This document shows positions 41,179 through 51,245 of a stretch of 64,000 nucleotides of DNA, one piece after another. Under the pieces are notes generated by a model. That model did not search any database and had not been told where the DNA came from. It saw only the letters and a list, made by a program, of their open reading frames with translations. The position numbers and the translations under genes were made by a program. The DNA comes from Bryobacterales bacterium (lineage in GTDB: Bacteria > Acidobacteriota > Terriglobia > Bryobacterales > Bryobacteraceae). The stretch's first letter is position 1; each line of letters opens with the position of its first letter. The stretch covers positions 18,020 through 82,019 of the forward strand of contig JBBQGE010000020.1 of NCBI GenBank assembly GCA_038322675.1. The letters run 5' to 3'.

Positions 41179-41942
41179 GAGGTCATCCTCTGGCGCTGCG
41201 CCTCATACAGCAGAACGCCCGCGGCCACGGCTGCATTCAGCGATTCCACGCCGCGGGTGGGCACACGAATCGGAGTGGCGACGGAGGCTAGCGCTGCGCA
41301 CACGCCGTGTCCTTCGCTGCCCATGACGATCGCGCCAGGCCGCCGCAGGTCGACATCGTGCACGGCGGCCGCATTCGAAGCCATGGCGGCAAACAATGCC
41401 AATCCGCGCTTGCGGGCCGCGCTCACGAAAGCGTCCGCGTCCAGCGAGTGCACAAACGGAATTCGGAACAGCGATCCGGCCGCTGCCCGCAGACTCTTCG
41501 GATTGAATGGACTCACGGTGCCCTTCAGAAACACCACTCCCGTCGCACCGAAGGCTTCCGCCGCGCGTACGATTGCGCCTGCGTTGCCGGGTTCCTGAAT
41601 ACCGTCCAGCACCACGGCCAGCGCATCGGATGGCAGGACGCTGTCCAGCGTCCACTCCGGCACGCGCACCAGCGAGATCACTCCCTGGCTGTTTTCGGTA
41701 GTGGAGATTTCGAGAAAAACAGCATGGGCGAGGTATTCCACCGGGAGTCGCGACTCCCAGGATGCGGCAGCATTGCGCGCCGATTCATCCACGAGAACAA
41801 CGCGAAACTCGCAGCGGCTTCGCACGGCTTCTTCCAACAGGTGCAAGCCTTCGGCGACCGCGAAACCGTCCTCAGTAGGAGTGCCTCGCGAGATGGCTCG
41901 CCGCACGGATTTTAGCAGCGGATTCTTCGGACTCGTGAGCAC
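41175..41942 (-). CDS. TrmH/SpoU family RNA 2'-O-methyltransferase
   Basis: SpoU motifs LDGIQEPGNAGAIVRAAEAFG, IVMGSEGHGV and IPTRGVESLNAAVAAGVLLYE. 4-nt overlap with the rarA start. Confidence 0.88.
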   Translation of the reverse strand: MLTSPKNPLLKSVRRAISRGTPTEDGFAVAEGLHLLEEAVRSRCEFRVVLVDESARNAAASWESRLPVEYLAHAVFLEISTTENSQGVISLVRVPEWTLDSVLPSDALAVVLDGIQEPGNAGAIVRAAEAFGATGVVFLKGTVSPFNPKSLRAAAGSLFRIPFVHSLDADAFVSAARKRGLALFAAMASNAAAVHDVDLRRPGAIVMGSEGHGVCAALASVATPIRVPTRGVESLNAAVAAGVLLYEAQRQRMTS

Positions 41943-41977
41943 TGATACAGTAGTCTCTTGCAGGCCCAGAATAGCGC

Positions 41978-42562
41978 ATGAAACGATTTGTGTGGGCCGG
42001 ATTGGTGTTAGGCGCTGTCCTACTCGGCTGGCTCACGCTAATAGCCCAGCAGATCAAGCTGCAATCCACCATCGACGACGTCCGTCCGGCGGACGTAATC
42101 ATCGTGCTGGGTGCGGCGGAGTATCGGGGCCGCCCCTCTCCAGTCCTCGAAGCCCGGTTGAATCACGCGCTCTTCCTGTATCTGCAGGGGATGGCGCCGC
42201 TGATCCTCACGACGGGGGGCGCCGGCGGCGATCCAGTGTACACGGAGAGCGAAGTCGGGCGGACGTATCTCAGCCGCCGCGGCGTACCTTCGGAATCGAT
42301 TCTGGTGGAGGCCGAAGGCGAGAGCACCGCGCATAGCACGGCCGCTGCCGCTGAAATGATGCGCCGGCGCGGCTTGCATAGCTGCATTGTGGTCAGCGAT
42401 GGGTATCACATCTATCGCGTGAAAAAGATGCTGGAATTCCGCGGTTTGGAAGTGTACGGCTCACCGCGTCCATCGGTTCCGAAGAGCGGGCTCCAGCAAC
42501 AGGTTCTCTACTTCCGGCAGGCTGTCGCTTTTACGTTGTGGGTAGTGGGCGTAAATATCTGA
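41978..42562 (+). CDS. YdcF/DUF218 family protein (ElyC/SanA-like)
   Basis: N-terminal TM helix. DUF218 pattern VIIVLGAAEYRGRPSPVLEARL...ILTTGG...TESEV...ESTAHST...IVVSDGYHIYR. Confidence 0.85.
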   Translation: MKRFVWAGLVLGAVLLGWLTLIAQQIKLQSTIDDVRPADVIIVLGAAEYRGRPSPVLEARLNHALFLYLQGMAPLILTTGGAGGDPVYTESEVGRTYLSRRGVPSESILVEAEGESTAHSTAAAAEMMRRRGLHSCIVVSDGYHIYRVKKMLEFRGLEVYGSPRPSVPKSGLQQQVLYFRQAVAFTLWVVGVNI

Positions 42563-44029
42563 TCAGGCCGGCAACGTGAAGATGAATTTCGCGCCTTGAC
42601 CGGCCGACGACTCCACCCAGATAGTGCCGCCATGCTTCTCGACAATCCGCTTGCAGATGGCGAGCCCCAGTCCGGTGCCTGGATACTCGTGCCCGTGGAG
42701 CCGCTTGAAAAGTCCGAACACGCGCTCGTGATATTCGGGCGCTATGCCGATTCCGTTGTCGGTGACGCCGATCTGGACCATGCCATCCGGCCGTTCCTCC
42801 CCGCATATTCGAATCACCGGCTGATCGCCGCCGCGGTATTTTATGGCGTTGCTGAGCACATTCTGAAATAGCTGAATCAACTCCGTCCGGTCACCACACA
42901 CCACAGGGAGATTATCGAATTCGATCAGCGCATCGGCTTCGGTCATCGCCTGCTGAAGATTCATCATGGCCCATTGCACCACCGGCCCAAGCGGCACCTG
43001 CTGAAACGGGGGCGGATCCTGGTTCACCACCCGCGAGTAACTGAGAAGATCGCGAATCATCCGGTCCATGCGCGACGCCGATCCCGCAATGTAGGTGAGG
43101 AATTGTACGCCCTCTTCATCGAAGATATTCTTGTAGCGCCCCGCGAGTAGTTGCGTGTACGTGTTGATAGCGCGCAGCGGCTCCTGCAGGTCGTGACTGG
43201 TGACGTACGCGAACTGTTGCAAGTCGGCATTCGAGCGCTCCAGGGCTTCGCGCAGCCGCGCTAATTTCGCTTCCGCTTCTTTGCGCTCGTTGATCACCGT
43301 GCCCAACAGTAGAGATCCGGCGAAACCGCCCTCGTCGTCGAGCATCGGAGTACTAGAGATATCCAGCCACATGGGAACGCCATCCTTGCGGCGGACACGC
43401 ATTTCATACCGTTCCTGCACGCCCGCCCTGCGCCGCTCGAATTTCGATTTGGCCGCCCCTCTGTCCTCACCGAAAACAACTTCGAATACCGACCGTCCAA
43501 CGATATCGCCCAACTCATAACCCGTCATTTTCGACACTGCGGGATTCGCAAATTGAACTCGAGCTTCCGCATCCAGGATGCAGATGATTTCCGCCGCGGT
43601 CTCTACGATTCGCCGGTACCGGCGTTCGGCCTGGATGGATTCCAGATCGCTTCGCTTGCGAGCCGTGATGTCCTGCAGGATGCCCCGAAGCTTGTCGCCG
43701 GCGGGGGCTCCGTGGCCGAAAATCCACCGTTCCGTGCCATTCACCTGAATTCGAAACTCGATGCGATAGTCGCCGCCAGACTCGTGGAAGTCACGCCATT
43801 GTTCGCGCATCCGCTGCAGATCGGCGGGATGAATGCGGTCTGTCAGCACGACCGGATCAAGAGCACCCGCGGGGGCTCCTAACATCGATTCAGCATCGCC
43901 GTCGAGCCGGACCACACGTGCATTCCTGTCCCATTCCCAGGCGACTATGTGGGCGGCGGATAAGGCGGATCGCAACCATTCGCTCTCGGTGAGTGATCCG
44001 GTTGGACCCCGGTCCGGTACCCCTAACAT
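42563..44029 (-). CDS. Cytoplasmic PAS-PAS sensor histidine kinase
   Basis: Two PAS-like segments. H-box YVTSHDLQEPLRAI, N-box LSNAIKY, G1 DNGIGI, G2 GTGLGLAICK. No TM segments. Confidence 0.9.
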   Translation of the reverse strand: MLGVPDRGPTGSLTESEWLRSALSAAHIVAWEWDRNARVVRLDGDAESMLGAPAGALDPVVLTDRIHPADLQRMREQWRDFHESGGDYRIEFRIQVNGTERWIFGHGAPAGDKLRGILQDITARKRSDLESIQAERRYRRIVETAAEIICILDAEARVQFANPAVSKMTGYELGDIVGRSVFEVVFGEDRGAAKSKFERRRAGVQERYEMRVRRKDGVPMWLDISSTPMLDDEGGFAGSLLLGTVINERKEAEAKLARLREALERSNADLQQFAYVTSHDLQEPLRAINTYTQLLAGRYKNIFDEEGVQFLTYIAGSASRMDRMIRDLLSYSRVVNQDPPPFQQVPLGPVVQWAMMNLQQAMTEADALIEFDNLPVVCGDRTELIQLFQNVLSNAIKYRGGDQPVIRICGEERPDGMVQIGVTDNGIGIAPEYHERVFGLFKRLHGHEYPGTGLGLAICKRIVEKHGGTIWVESSAGQGAKFIFTLPA

Positions 44030-44098
44030 GTTGAATGTTACTATTCTACGCCATGAGAAGCTGCCTCGAATGGCTACAACGTATCATTTAATTGAAAC

Positions 44099-45565
44099 AT
44101 GCCTACACTCGACACGATTCGTAACCGTCAACTCGACATAGCCATCATCGGAGGAGGAATCATCGGTGCCGGCTGCGCGCGAGATGCCGCTTTACGCGGG
44201 ATGTCGGTAGCGCTGTTTGAAAAAAGCGACTACGGTGGAGCGACCACCGCCGGATCCACGCGCCTGATACACGGGGGACTCCGTTATCTGGAGATGTTCG
44301 ACTTCGGACTGGTACGTATGGACCTGCGTGAGCGGGAGACGCTGCTGCGGATAGCTCCACACCTTGTGAAACCGCTCGAGTTCCTGATTCCGTTCTATGA
44401 CCGGAGCATTTTTCATCGATGGAAAATGCATGCGGGAATGATTCTGTACGACCTGCTGAGTTATGACAAGAGTCTTCCGAAATATCGGACTTTGAGTGCT
44501 GCCGAGGTTCAGCAAGCGGAGCCCACGCTGCGGCGCAACGGATTGCAGGGCGGCGTCACGTATTACGACGCGCAGGTGCTGTCGCCCGAACGGATGGCGG
44601 TGGAGAACATTGTGGACGCCTGCCGCCACGGCGCGGAAGCGTTCAACTATGTTGAGGCGATCGAGGGGCTGTCGGATTCCCGTGCGGTTACCGGCGTTCG
44701 GGTTCGCGATGTGGAGAGTGGCGAGGAAGCCGAGGTCCGGGCCCGGGTGGTGGTGAATGCATCCGGCCCCTGGTTCAACCGTGTGAGTGAAGCGATTCCC
44801 GCGCCGCAGCAGGGAGCAGTTCGAACCACCAAGGGCGCCCACTACGCATGCGCGCCGTTGACTTCACGCGCGGTGGTCCTCTTCTCGAAGTTTGACGGAC
44901 GGTTGTTCTTCGTGATTCCGCTGGGAAATCTCGGATGGGTGAGCACAACCGATACTGACTATTCGGGCGATCCCGCCGAGGTGCGTGCGAACGCTGCAGA
45001 CCTGAAGTATCTGCTGGAGTCGACCGCTGAGTTCATTCCACAAGCCGAACAGTCGCCGATCTACTGGACGAATGCAGGAGTGCGGGCGCTGGTGATGCAG
45101 AAGGGGCGTGAGTCGGATGTGTCGAGATCGCACCGCATCGAGCGATCGCCAGGGTTAGTGTCGATTCTCGGCGGCAAGATCACGGGATTCCGCGCGATTG
45201 CGGAAGAGGCGATCGATGCAGCCGCAATAGAATTGGGCGCATCCGGCAAGTGCATCACCGCCGAGCGAAACCTGCCGGGAGCCGAGCGTGCCGGGCAGCC
45301 GTTTGATCTCGACGAAGCGGTTCGGCGGGCCGTGGATGAAGAGCAATGCCGGCATGTCGCCGACTTTATCTTTCGCCGTTCGACTCTGGGCCTCGAGGCA
45401 GATCAAGGGATGACGCAATGCGGTCGCATCGGCGGCATAATGGCGGAACGGCTCGGTTGGACTGCGGCATATACAAGCAGCGAGAAACTCGCGTACCAGA
45501 CGCAAGTTCTGGGGACTCGTGAGCCGGTACGGAATCTGCAGACGTCTTCGTCGAAGAAGCTGTAA
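44099..45565 (+). CDS. glpD: FAD-dependent glycerol-3-phosphate dehydrogenase/oxidase
   Basis: Dinucleotide fold DIAIIGGGIIGAGCARDAALRG, followed by SDYGGATTAGSTRLIHGGLRYLE, which is typical of GlpD. Confidence 0.9.
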   Translation: MPTLDTIRNRQLDIAIIGGGIIGAGCARDAALRGMSVALFEKSDYGGATTAGSTRLIHGGLRYLEMFDFGLVRMDLRERETLLRIAPHLVKPLEFLIPFYDRSIFHRWKMHAGMILYDLLSYDKSLPKYRTLSAAEVQQAEPTLRRNGLQGGVTYYDAQVLSPERMAVENIVDACRHGAEAFNYVEAIEGLSDSRAVTGVRVRDVESGEEAEVRARVVVNASGPWFNRVSEAIPAPQQGAVRTTKGAHYACAPLTSRAVVLFSKFDGRLFFVIPLGNLGWVSTTDTDYSGDPAEVRANAADLKYLLESTAEFIPQAEQSPIYWTNAGVRALVMQKGRESDVSRSHRIERSPGLVSILGGKITGFRAIAEEAIDAAAIELGASGKCITAERNLPGAERAGQPFDLDEAVRRAVDEEQCRHVADFIFRRSTLGLEADQGMTQCGRIGGIMAERLGWTAAYTSSEKLAYQTQVLGTREPVRNLQTSSSKKL

Positions 45566-45654
45566 GAAGTACCGCAAAACGTGCAGCCCTGACGCGCAAG
45601 CATCACGCTTTAATAGCTTTCGACGGTTGGCATCCGGCGTGCACGAATGCCATC

Positions 45655-48042
45655 GTGGTTACACACGAGAAACCAGCGGAAGAGCAGATCGACGTGCGCC
45701 CGTTCGTGCAGCGGCACCCGTGGACTGTCGCCTTACTGCTGACCTTGTTTGTAGCCGCTGTTGTACCAGCTGCCATAGCGTACGCGCGCTACTATCGATT
45801 GGTCAGTCGTACGCTGAACCGGGGAGCCTTCTCGAACACATCAAACATTTTTTCGGCTCCGCGTGTGTTGACCACAGGTGAGGAAATCTCGCTGGATTCG
45901 ATCGTGACAGGGCTGGAGCGGGCCGGGTATACGCAGTCCCCCGCGAATCCGAAGGGTTGGTTCCGGACGGCGAAGAGCACGTTGGAAGTGCACCCAGGGT
46001 CGCAATCGTATTTCGCCGTCGACCCCGTGATCGTGGATTTCTCGAAGGGTACCATCGCGAGTATGCACACGCCGGCGACCCTCGAGAAGGTGGAGCGCTA
46101 TCAACTCGAGCCCGAACTGATCGCCAACATCGCCGATAAGGATCGCGAAAAGCGCCGCCTGGTTCGGTACAACGAAATTCCGCCGGTACTGGTTCAGGCG
46201 GTGATCTCGGCGGAGGATAAGCGGTTCTTCAAACATCTTGGCATCGATCCGTTCCGCCTGGCGAAAGCGGCTTACGTGGATCTGAAGTATAACCGGAAGG
46301 AACAGGGCGCTTCCACCATCACGATGCAGCTTGCACGTTCCTTCTGGCTGGACAAAAAGAAGCGGTTCCGGCGGAAATTTAGCGAGTTGATGTTCACGAT
46401 GGTGTTGGAGAAGCGGCTCACCAAGGAGCAGATTTTCGAGAATTATGCCAACCAGGTGTACTTGGGACGGAACGAGAGCTTCAGTGTGCAGGGCTTCGGA
46501 GAGGCGTCGCGTGCGTATTTCGGCAAGAGAATTTCGGACCTTACCCTTCCCGAAGCGGCGCTGCTGGCAGGGCTGATCCAGCGTCCCAGCTACTTCAACC
46601 CCAAGCGCTTTCCTGAACGCGCCAAGCACCGGCGGGATGTCGTGTTGCGGCTGATGAAGGAGAACGGTTACATCACAGCGTCGCAGTTGGCCGATGCTGT
46701 CAAACAGCCGATTCGTCTGGTCCCGCCAAGGGTGGAAACCAGCAGCGATGCTCCTTACTTCATAGCGCTGTTGAATGACGAACTGCAAAATTGCCTCGGC
46801 GATGAACAGGAATCCAGAGGTGCACTGAATGTGTACTCGACTTTGGATCCCGATCTGCAACGCGCCGCCACGGAAGCCATCGATTCCGCAATGCCGGCAG
46901 TGGACGCCTACGTGAAGCGCCGCAAGATTGCGAAAGACGGAGTGCTGCCTCAAGTCGCATTGATCGCCATCGATCCGCATACCGGGGAGGTGAAAGCACT
47001 GATCGGAGGTCGCGATTACAAAGAAAGCCAGCTCAATCACGCTCTGGCGATGCGGCAGCCGGGATCGGTCTTCAAGCCATTCGTATACGCAGCCGCGCTC
47101 ACTTCCGGCGTTCAGGACGGCGGCACAGTCTATACTCCAGCCAGCACGGTCGTCGACGAGCCCACAACCATTCAGTTCGGAAACCAGATCTATCAGCCGT
47201 CGAATTTTGAACATACTTTTTACGGCCGAGTGACACTTCGCCGCGCGCTGGCAAAATCGATGAACCTGGCGACGGTCAAGCTTGCCGGCGACATAGGGTA
47301 CGATCGGGTTGTTCGAATGGCACGGAGGTGCGGGTTGAATGACCAGATACAGCCGACACCCTCTGTCGCGCTTGGAGCTTATGAGACCACGCCGCTCGAG
47401 ATAGCGGGCGCCTACACGGTGTTCGCAAATCGCGGTGAGTATGTGAAGCCGACGTTTCTCTCGCGCGTCTCGAACGAGGGCCAGACGCTACTGAGCGGCA
47501 GTCCCGATCGCCATCGCGCATTGGATCCGCGGGTCGCGTTCCTGATGCAGGACATGCTGGAGGAAGTGATGCGCAGCGGTACGGCAGCAGGCGTGCGGTC
47601 GCACGGCTTCAAACTCCAGGCGGCGGGCAAGACCGGGACGACGCGCGATGGCTGGTTCGCCGGCTACACGCCGGATCTGCTGTGCGTGGTGTGGGTTGGC
47701 TTCGATGACAATCGCGAACTGGATCTGGAAGGAGCAAAGTCGGCGCTGCCGGTATGGGCGGAGTTCATGAAGCGGGCTGCGAAAATTCATCCAACTGCTC
47801 GCCGTTTCGATCCCCCGCCGCCGGGAGTGATCTCGGTCAACATCGATCCTTGGAGCGGCTCGCTGACGGGTCCCGGCTGCGACTCGCGCCAGCAGTATTT
47901 CATCGACGGCACGCAACCGCACACGCAATGCACGCCGCCACCGCCGCCCGATCCGATGATGGACATGCAGCCAACGTGGCTGCCGACCTCGGCGGGCGCG
48001 GCAGCGCAGATCCTGATTCCCTCAGGCGCTCGCTCGCAGTAA
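45655..48042 (+). CDS. Bifunctional class A penicillin-binding protein (PBP1A: glycosyltransferase 51 + transpeptidase)
   Basis: GTG start. N-terminal TM anchor. GT51 motifs EDKRFFKHLGID and RKFSELMFTMVLE. Transpeptidase motifs SVFKP (SxxK), SMN and KTGTT. Confidence 0.93.
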   Translation: MVTHEKPAEEQIDVRPFVQRHPWTVALLLTLFVAAVVPAAIAYARYYRLVSRTLNRGAFSNTSNIFSAPRVLTTGEEISLDSIVTGLERAGYTQSPANPKGWFRTAKSTLEVHPGSQSYFAVDPVIVDFSKGTIASMHTPATLEKVERYQLEPELIANIADKDREKRRLVRYNEIPPVLVQAVISAEDKRFFKHLGIDPFRLAKAAYVDLKYNRKEQGASTITMQLARSFWLDKKKRFRRKFSELMFTMVLEKRLTKEQIFENYANQVYLGRNESFSVQGFGEASRAYFGKRISDLTLPEAALLAGLIQRPSYFNPKRFPERAKHRRDVVLRLMKENGYITASQLADAVKQPIRLVPPRVETSSDAPYFIALLNDELQNCLGDEQESRGALNVYSTLDPDLQRAATEAIDSAMPAVDAYVKRRKIAKDGVLPQVALIAIDPHTGEVKALIGGRDYKESQLNHALAMRQPGSVFKPFVYAAALTSGVQDGGTVYTPASTVVDEPTTIQFGNQIYQPSNFEHTFYGRVTLRRALAKSMNLATVKLAGDIGYDRVVRMARRCGLNDQIQPTPSVALGAYETTPLEIAGAYTVFANRGEYVKPTFLSRVSNEGQTLLSGSPDRHRALDPRVAFLMQDMLEEVMRSGTAAGVRSHGFKLQAAGKTGTTRDGWFAGYTPDLLCVVWVGFDDNRELDLEGAKSALPVWAEFMKRAAKIHPTARRFDPPPPGVISVNIDPWSGSLTGPGCDSRQQYFIDGTQPHTQCTPPPPPDPMMDMQPTWLPTSAGAAAQILIPSGARSQ

Positions 48043-48516
48043 GGCACAATTTCGCTTCACATCGAAGCGGCACTCCGGTAAAATAGAGCAAGTCAGCGGC
48101 CCTGGACGTCCGCTCTTCCGACTCGGCAAAAATGGATTCTCATCAGACTAAGGCCTCGCGATATCTGTGTCTCGCCATTTCCATTGTTCTGCTGAACGGC
48201 TTATTACCCGCATGGGCGACTCTGGAAATAGTGAGACTGGAACGTGGCCGCGTCCGGACTTTCGCCCGTGCCGGAGGGAGATCCGCAATCGCATGCCGCG
48301 CCGTCGCGCAGGAGCATGCGCCACAGTTCACGGATCTACCAATTTCCCTTCCCAGCGAACCCGGGATCGCGCCACACCGCGATACTTATCATACCCGAAG
48401 GCCGCCGAGCATTTCATAGCTCTCCTTTTTCAGCCGAACCGTACTCACTCTAATTTGTTGGGACGGCCGGCGTATACCCACATTTCGAGAAATTACAATA
48501 ATTCAGGAGAAATTCC

Positions 48517-49185
48517 ATGGAACGCTTAGTCCGAGGTGTGTCTCAATTTCAGCGGGAGGTTTTCCCGGCGCGAAAGCACTTATTCCAGATGCTCGCAGAC
48601 CGGCAGAATCCGCAGGCGCTGTTCGTCACCTGCGCGGATTCGAGAGTGGTTCCGCAGCTCATTACTCAAAGCGATCCCGGAGATCTCTTTCTATGCCGCA
48701 ACGCGGGCAATATGGTGCCGCCTTATGGCGAAATGACGGGCGGTGTTTCGGCGACCATCGAGTACGCCGTCGCGGCTCTGGAAGTGAAGTACCTGGTGGT
48801 GTGCGGCCATTCCGATTGCGGCGCCATGCACGGTGTCATCACGCCCGCCAAAGTCGCTCACATGCCGGCCGTCGCTCAGTGGCTTCGGCATGGCGAACTC
48901 GCGCGGCGAGTAGTGGAGGAGAATTATCCGCAGCTTGAAGGCGCGGCAAAGTTGGAAGCCATCACAAAGGAAAACGTGATAGCGCAGATCGATCACCTCC
49001 GCACGCACCCCTCGGTCGCGGCGCGATGCGCGGCCGGCAAACTGGAGTTGCATGGCTGGTTTTATCGCATTGAGACCGGCGGAGTAGAGGCATACGATAC
49101 AGGGCGCGCCCAGTTCGTCCAATTGGACGGAATCGCACCACCGGGAATCACCCGGATTCATTCGGTGCCGGAGGAGCCTGCATGA
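48517..49185 (+). CDS. Beta-class carbonic anhydrase
   Basis: SD AGGAGA 7 nt upstream. Zn-ligand contexts CADSRV and HSDCGA. Confidence 0.92.
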   Translation: MERLVRGVSQFQREVFPARKHLFQMLADRQNPQALFVTCADSRVVPQLITQSDPGDLFLCRNAGNMVPPYGEMTGGVSATIEYAVAALEVKYLVVCGHSDCGAMHGVITPAKVAHMPAVAQWLRHGELARRVVEENYPQLEGAAKLEAITKENVIAQIDHLRTHPSVAARCAAGKLELHGWFYRIETGGVEAYDTGRAQFVQLDGIAPPGITRIHSVPEEPA

Positions 49186-49189
49186 CACA

Positions 49190-49330
49190 GTGGAGAGAAA
49201 CGCTACCAAACCAAAGGATCTGCTCGCGTCGGTAGTTGTCTTCCTGGTGGCGCTGCCGTTGTGCCCAGGTTTCGCATCTCGCGATTCGTCCGTCATCCAC
49301 TCCGGAACAATGCCGCACGGATTTACACCT
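49190..49330 (+). pseudogene. Decayed 5' remnant of a SulP-family anion (sulfate/bicarbonate) permease
   Basis: The translation [17 protein letters not shown] closely matches the characteristic SulP N-terminal helix (..[23 protein letters not shown]..). The following PGFASRDSSVIHSG is only faintly similar. Only about 330 nt remain before the next gene, whereas an intact permease would need about 1.5 kb. An ATG overlapping the carbonic anhydrase stop (49182) is in a different frame. Confidence 0.5.
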
Positions 49331-49518
49331 GGAAGGCTCAGCGACCATACCTGCCTCGACCTTTTCTCGAATTGGGCGAAGCAACAGGAGCTGACGGGAG
49401 GTTCTCTCGAGGTGGCATGGGACCGGCTGCGTCACCGTTACGACCGGCCTGTTGCACTCGGAGCATTCCGGCGTGCAACTCAGCAGTATCCTGGTCCTCC
49501 AATTGCAGCTCATGAGGT

Positions 49519-50553
49519 GTGAAATCGAAGTCATACCTATTGTTCGCCGTGCTGAGTTATTCGTTTCTATGTTTTACGGGTATCCCGGCAGCCGCGGCTC
49601 AGCACCAGTCTCATGCAAAAGGTACCGCTGATCGAGTAAAGACCGGTAACCGTGAGTTCAGCCCGGCCGCCGTCAACAATGCTCAATTCGAGACGGTCGG
49701 GCCGGACTCCGGTGGTCCTGCGACACTAAAAGCACAGATCTTGCTGGATCGCGCCCATTTCTCACCGGGTCAGATCGACGGCACGTACGGGAGTAACACC
49801 AAGGTAGCCATAACCAGCTATCAATTGGCCCACGACCTGGACGCATCCGGAACCGTCGACCAAAAGACCTGGGACTCGCTAACCCAGGACACGTCAGACG
49901 TACTCATACCCTACACGACCACTCAGGACGATGTCGCAGGTCCGTTCCACTCGACGCCGGAAACCACGGAGGAGCAGGCAAAACTAGACGCCCTGACCTA
50001 CCAGTCCGCCAATGAGCAACTCGGCGAGAAGTTTCATATTTCGCCGGACTTATTGCAGAAGCTCAATTCTGGCGCCGACCTGACGAAAGCCGGCCAGCAG
50101 TTGATGGTCCCGAACGTCCGCGACAATGCGCCGCGGGGCGAAGTGGATCACGTCGTGGTGACCAAGAGCAATACGAACGTCCTGGCGGTAGACAAGTCCG
50201 GAAAAGTCGTGGCGGCGTACCCGGCAACTATCGGAAGCGAGCACGATCCGCTTCCGATAGGTAACTGGAAAATCACAGTCATCCAACAGGATCCGATTTT
50301 TTACTATCATCCGGAACTCTTTTGGAACTCCGAGCCATCCGACAGCAAGGCAAAAATCGCGCCCGGCCCCAATAACCCAGTGGGTGTGGTGTGGATCGGC
50401 CTGACAAAGGAGCATTACGGAATTCACGGCACTGCCGAGCCGGAGTTGATCGGGCACTCACAATCGCATGGCTGCATCCGGCTTACTAACTGGGACGCCG
50501 AAGAACTCTCGCACCTGGTTAAGCTCCACATGGCAGTCATCCTGAAGGAGTAG
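49519..50553 (+). CDS. L,D-transpeptidase (YkuD family) with N-terminal peptidoglycan-binding-like domain
   Basis: GTG start. Signal peptide MKSKSYLLFAVLSYSFLCFTGIPAAAA. PG-binding-like QILLDRAHFSPGQIDGTYGSNT. Catalytic HGTAEPELIGHSQSHGCIRLTN. Confidence 0.88.
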   Translation: MKSKSYLLFAVLSYSFLCFTGIPAAAAQHQSHAKGTADRVKTGNREFSPAAVNNAQFETVGPDSGGPATLKAQILLDRAHFSPGQIDGTYGSNTKVAITSYQLAHDLDASGTVDQKTWDSLTQDTSDVLIPYTTTQDDVAGPFHSTPETTEEQAKLDALTYQSANEQLGEKFHISPDLLQKLNSGADLTKAGQQLMVPNVRDNAPRGEVDHVVVTKSNTNVLAVDKSGKVVAAYPATIGSEHDPLPIGNWKITVIQQDPIFYYHPELFWNSEPSDSKAKIAPGPNNPVGVVWIGLTKEHYGIHGTAEPELIGHSQSHGCIRLTNWDAEELSHLVKLHMAVILKE

Positions 50554-50559
50554 CGCATC

Positions 50560-51231
50560 GTGCAACGACTAACATGGTTTATTGCCGGATGTGTGGCCGG
50601 CGCTTTAGGCCTCTACATCTTCCTGTGGGAGGGCGGCGTGCTGACGCCGTACCTGCAGCGACTTCGCACGCAGCACGCGGTGCGGGTGGCGCTACCTGCA
50701 CTACCGCCCGACGAACAAGCGCGGCCTTTGACACCCGGCAATCCGTCGAATCCGGAACCCGAACTGCCCTCGGGCGAGGGAGTGATCCTGCCGATTCCCG
50801 GCATCACCATCGCCGATTTGCATGACACATTCAACGACGACCGAAGCGGCGGCCGTCTGCATGAAGCAATCGACATCATGGCGGATCGCGACACGCCGGT
50901 CCGGGCAATGGTTAACGGACGCATCGAGCGCCTGTTCCTGAGCAAACCAGGCGGTAACACGATTTATCAGTTCGATGAACAGCGGGAGTTCTGTTACTAC
51001 TATGCCCACCTGGATCACTATGCAAATGGCATTCGCGAGGGCCTCGAAGTAGCGCGCGGGACGATCATAGGTTATGTTGGAAATACTGGCGATGCCGCTT
51101 CGGGTCCACCACACCTGCATTTAGCAATTTTCCGGTTAGGTCCAAAGAAGGAATGGTGGAAGGGAACTGCTATGAATCCCTACCCGGTGCTATTGAACGT
51201 GATTCAGCGGCTGCAACCGCCGGTACAGTAA
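50560..51231 (+). CDS. M23 family metallopeptidase
   Basis: GTG start after GAAGGAG. N-terminal TM. HxxxD (HEAIDI) and HxH (PHLHLAIF) zinc motifs. Confidence 0.88.
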   Translation: MQRLTWFIAGCVAGALGLYIFLWEGGVLTPYLQRLRTQHAVRVALPALPPDEQARPLTPGNPSNPEPELPSGEGVILPIPGITIADLHDTFNDDRSGGRLHEAIDIMADRDTPVRAMVNGRIERLFLSKPGGNTIYQFDEQREFCYYYAHLDHYANGIREGLEVARGTIIGYVGNTGDAASGPPHLHLAIFRLGPKKEWWKGTAMNPYPVLLNVIQRLQPPVQ

Positions 51232-51245
51232 AGACGGAGGCATGG

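Noticed and set aside
48340-48375. tRNA-like T-arm (CCCGGGTTCGCTGGG) in the long intergenic region
   Set aside because: The flanking bases do not form the 5-bp T-stem. No acceptor, D or anticodon arms can be drawn around it, and there is no 3' discriminator context.
49261-49515. Alternative ORFs in the gap after the carbonic anhydrase (49261..49515 +, 49148..49534 -) as real small genes
   Set aside because: They have no RBS and no family resemblance, and they overlap the decayed SulP remnant. They are best explained as chance ORFs in a degenerating region.
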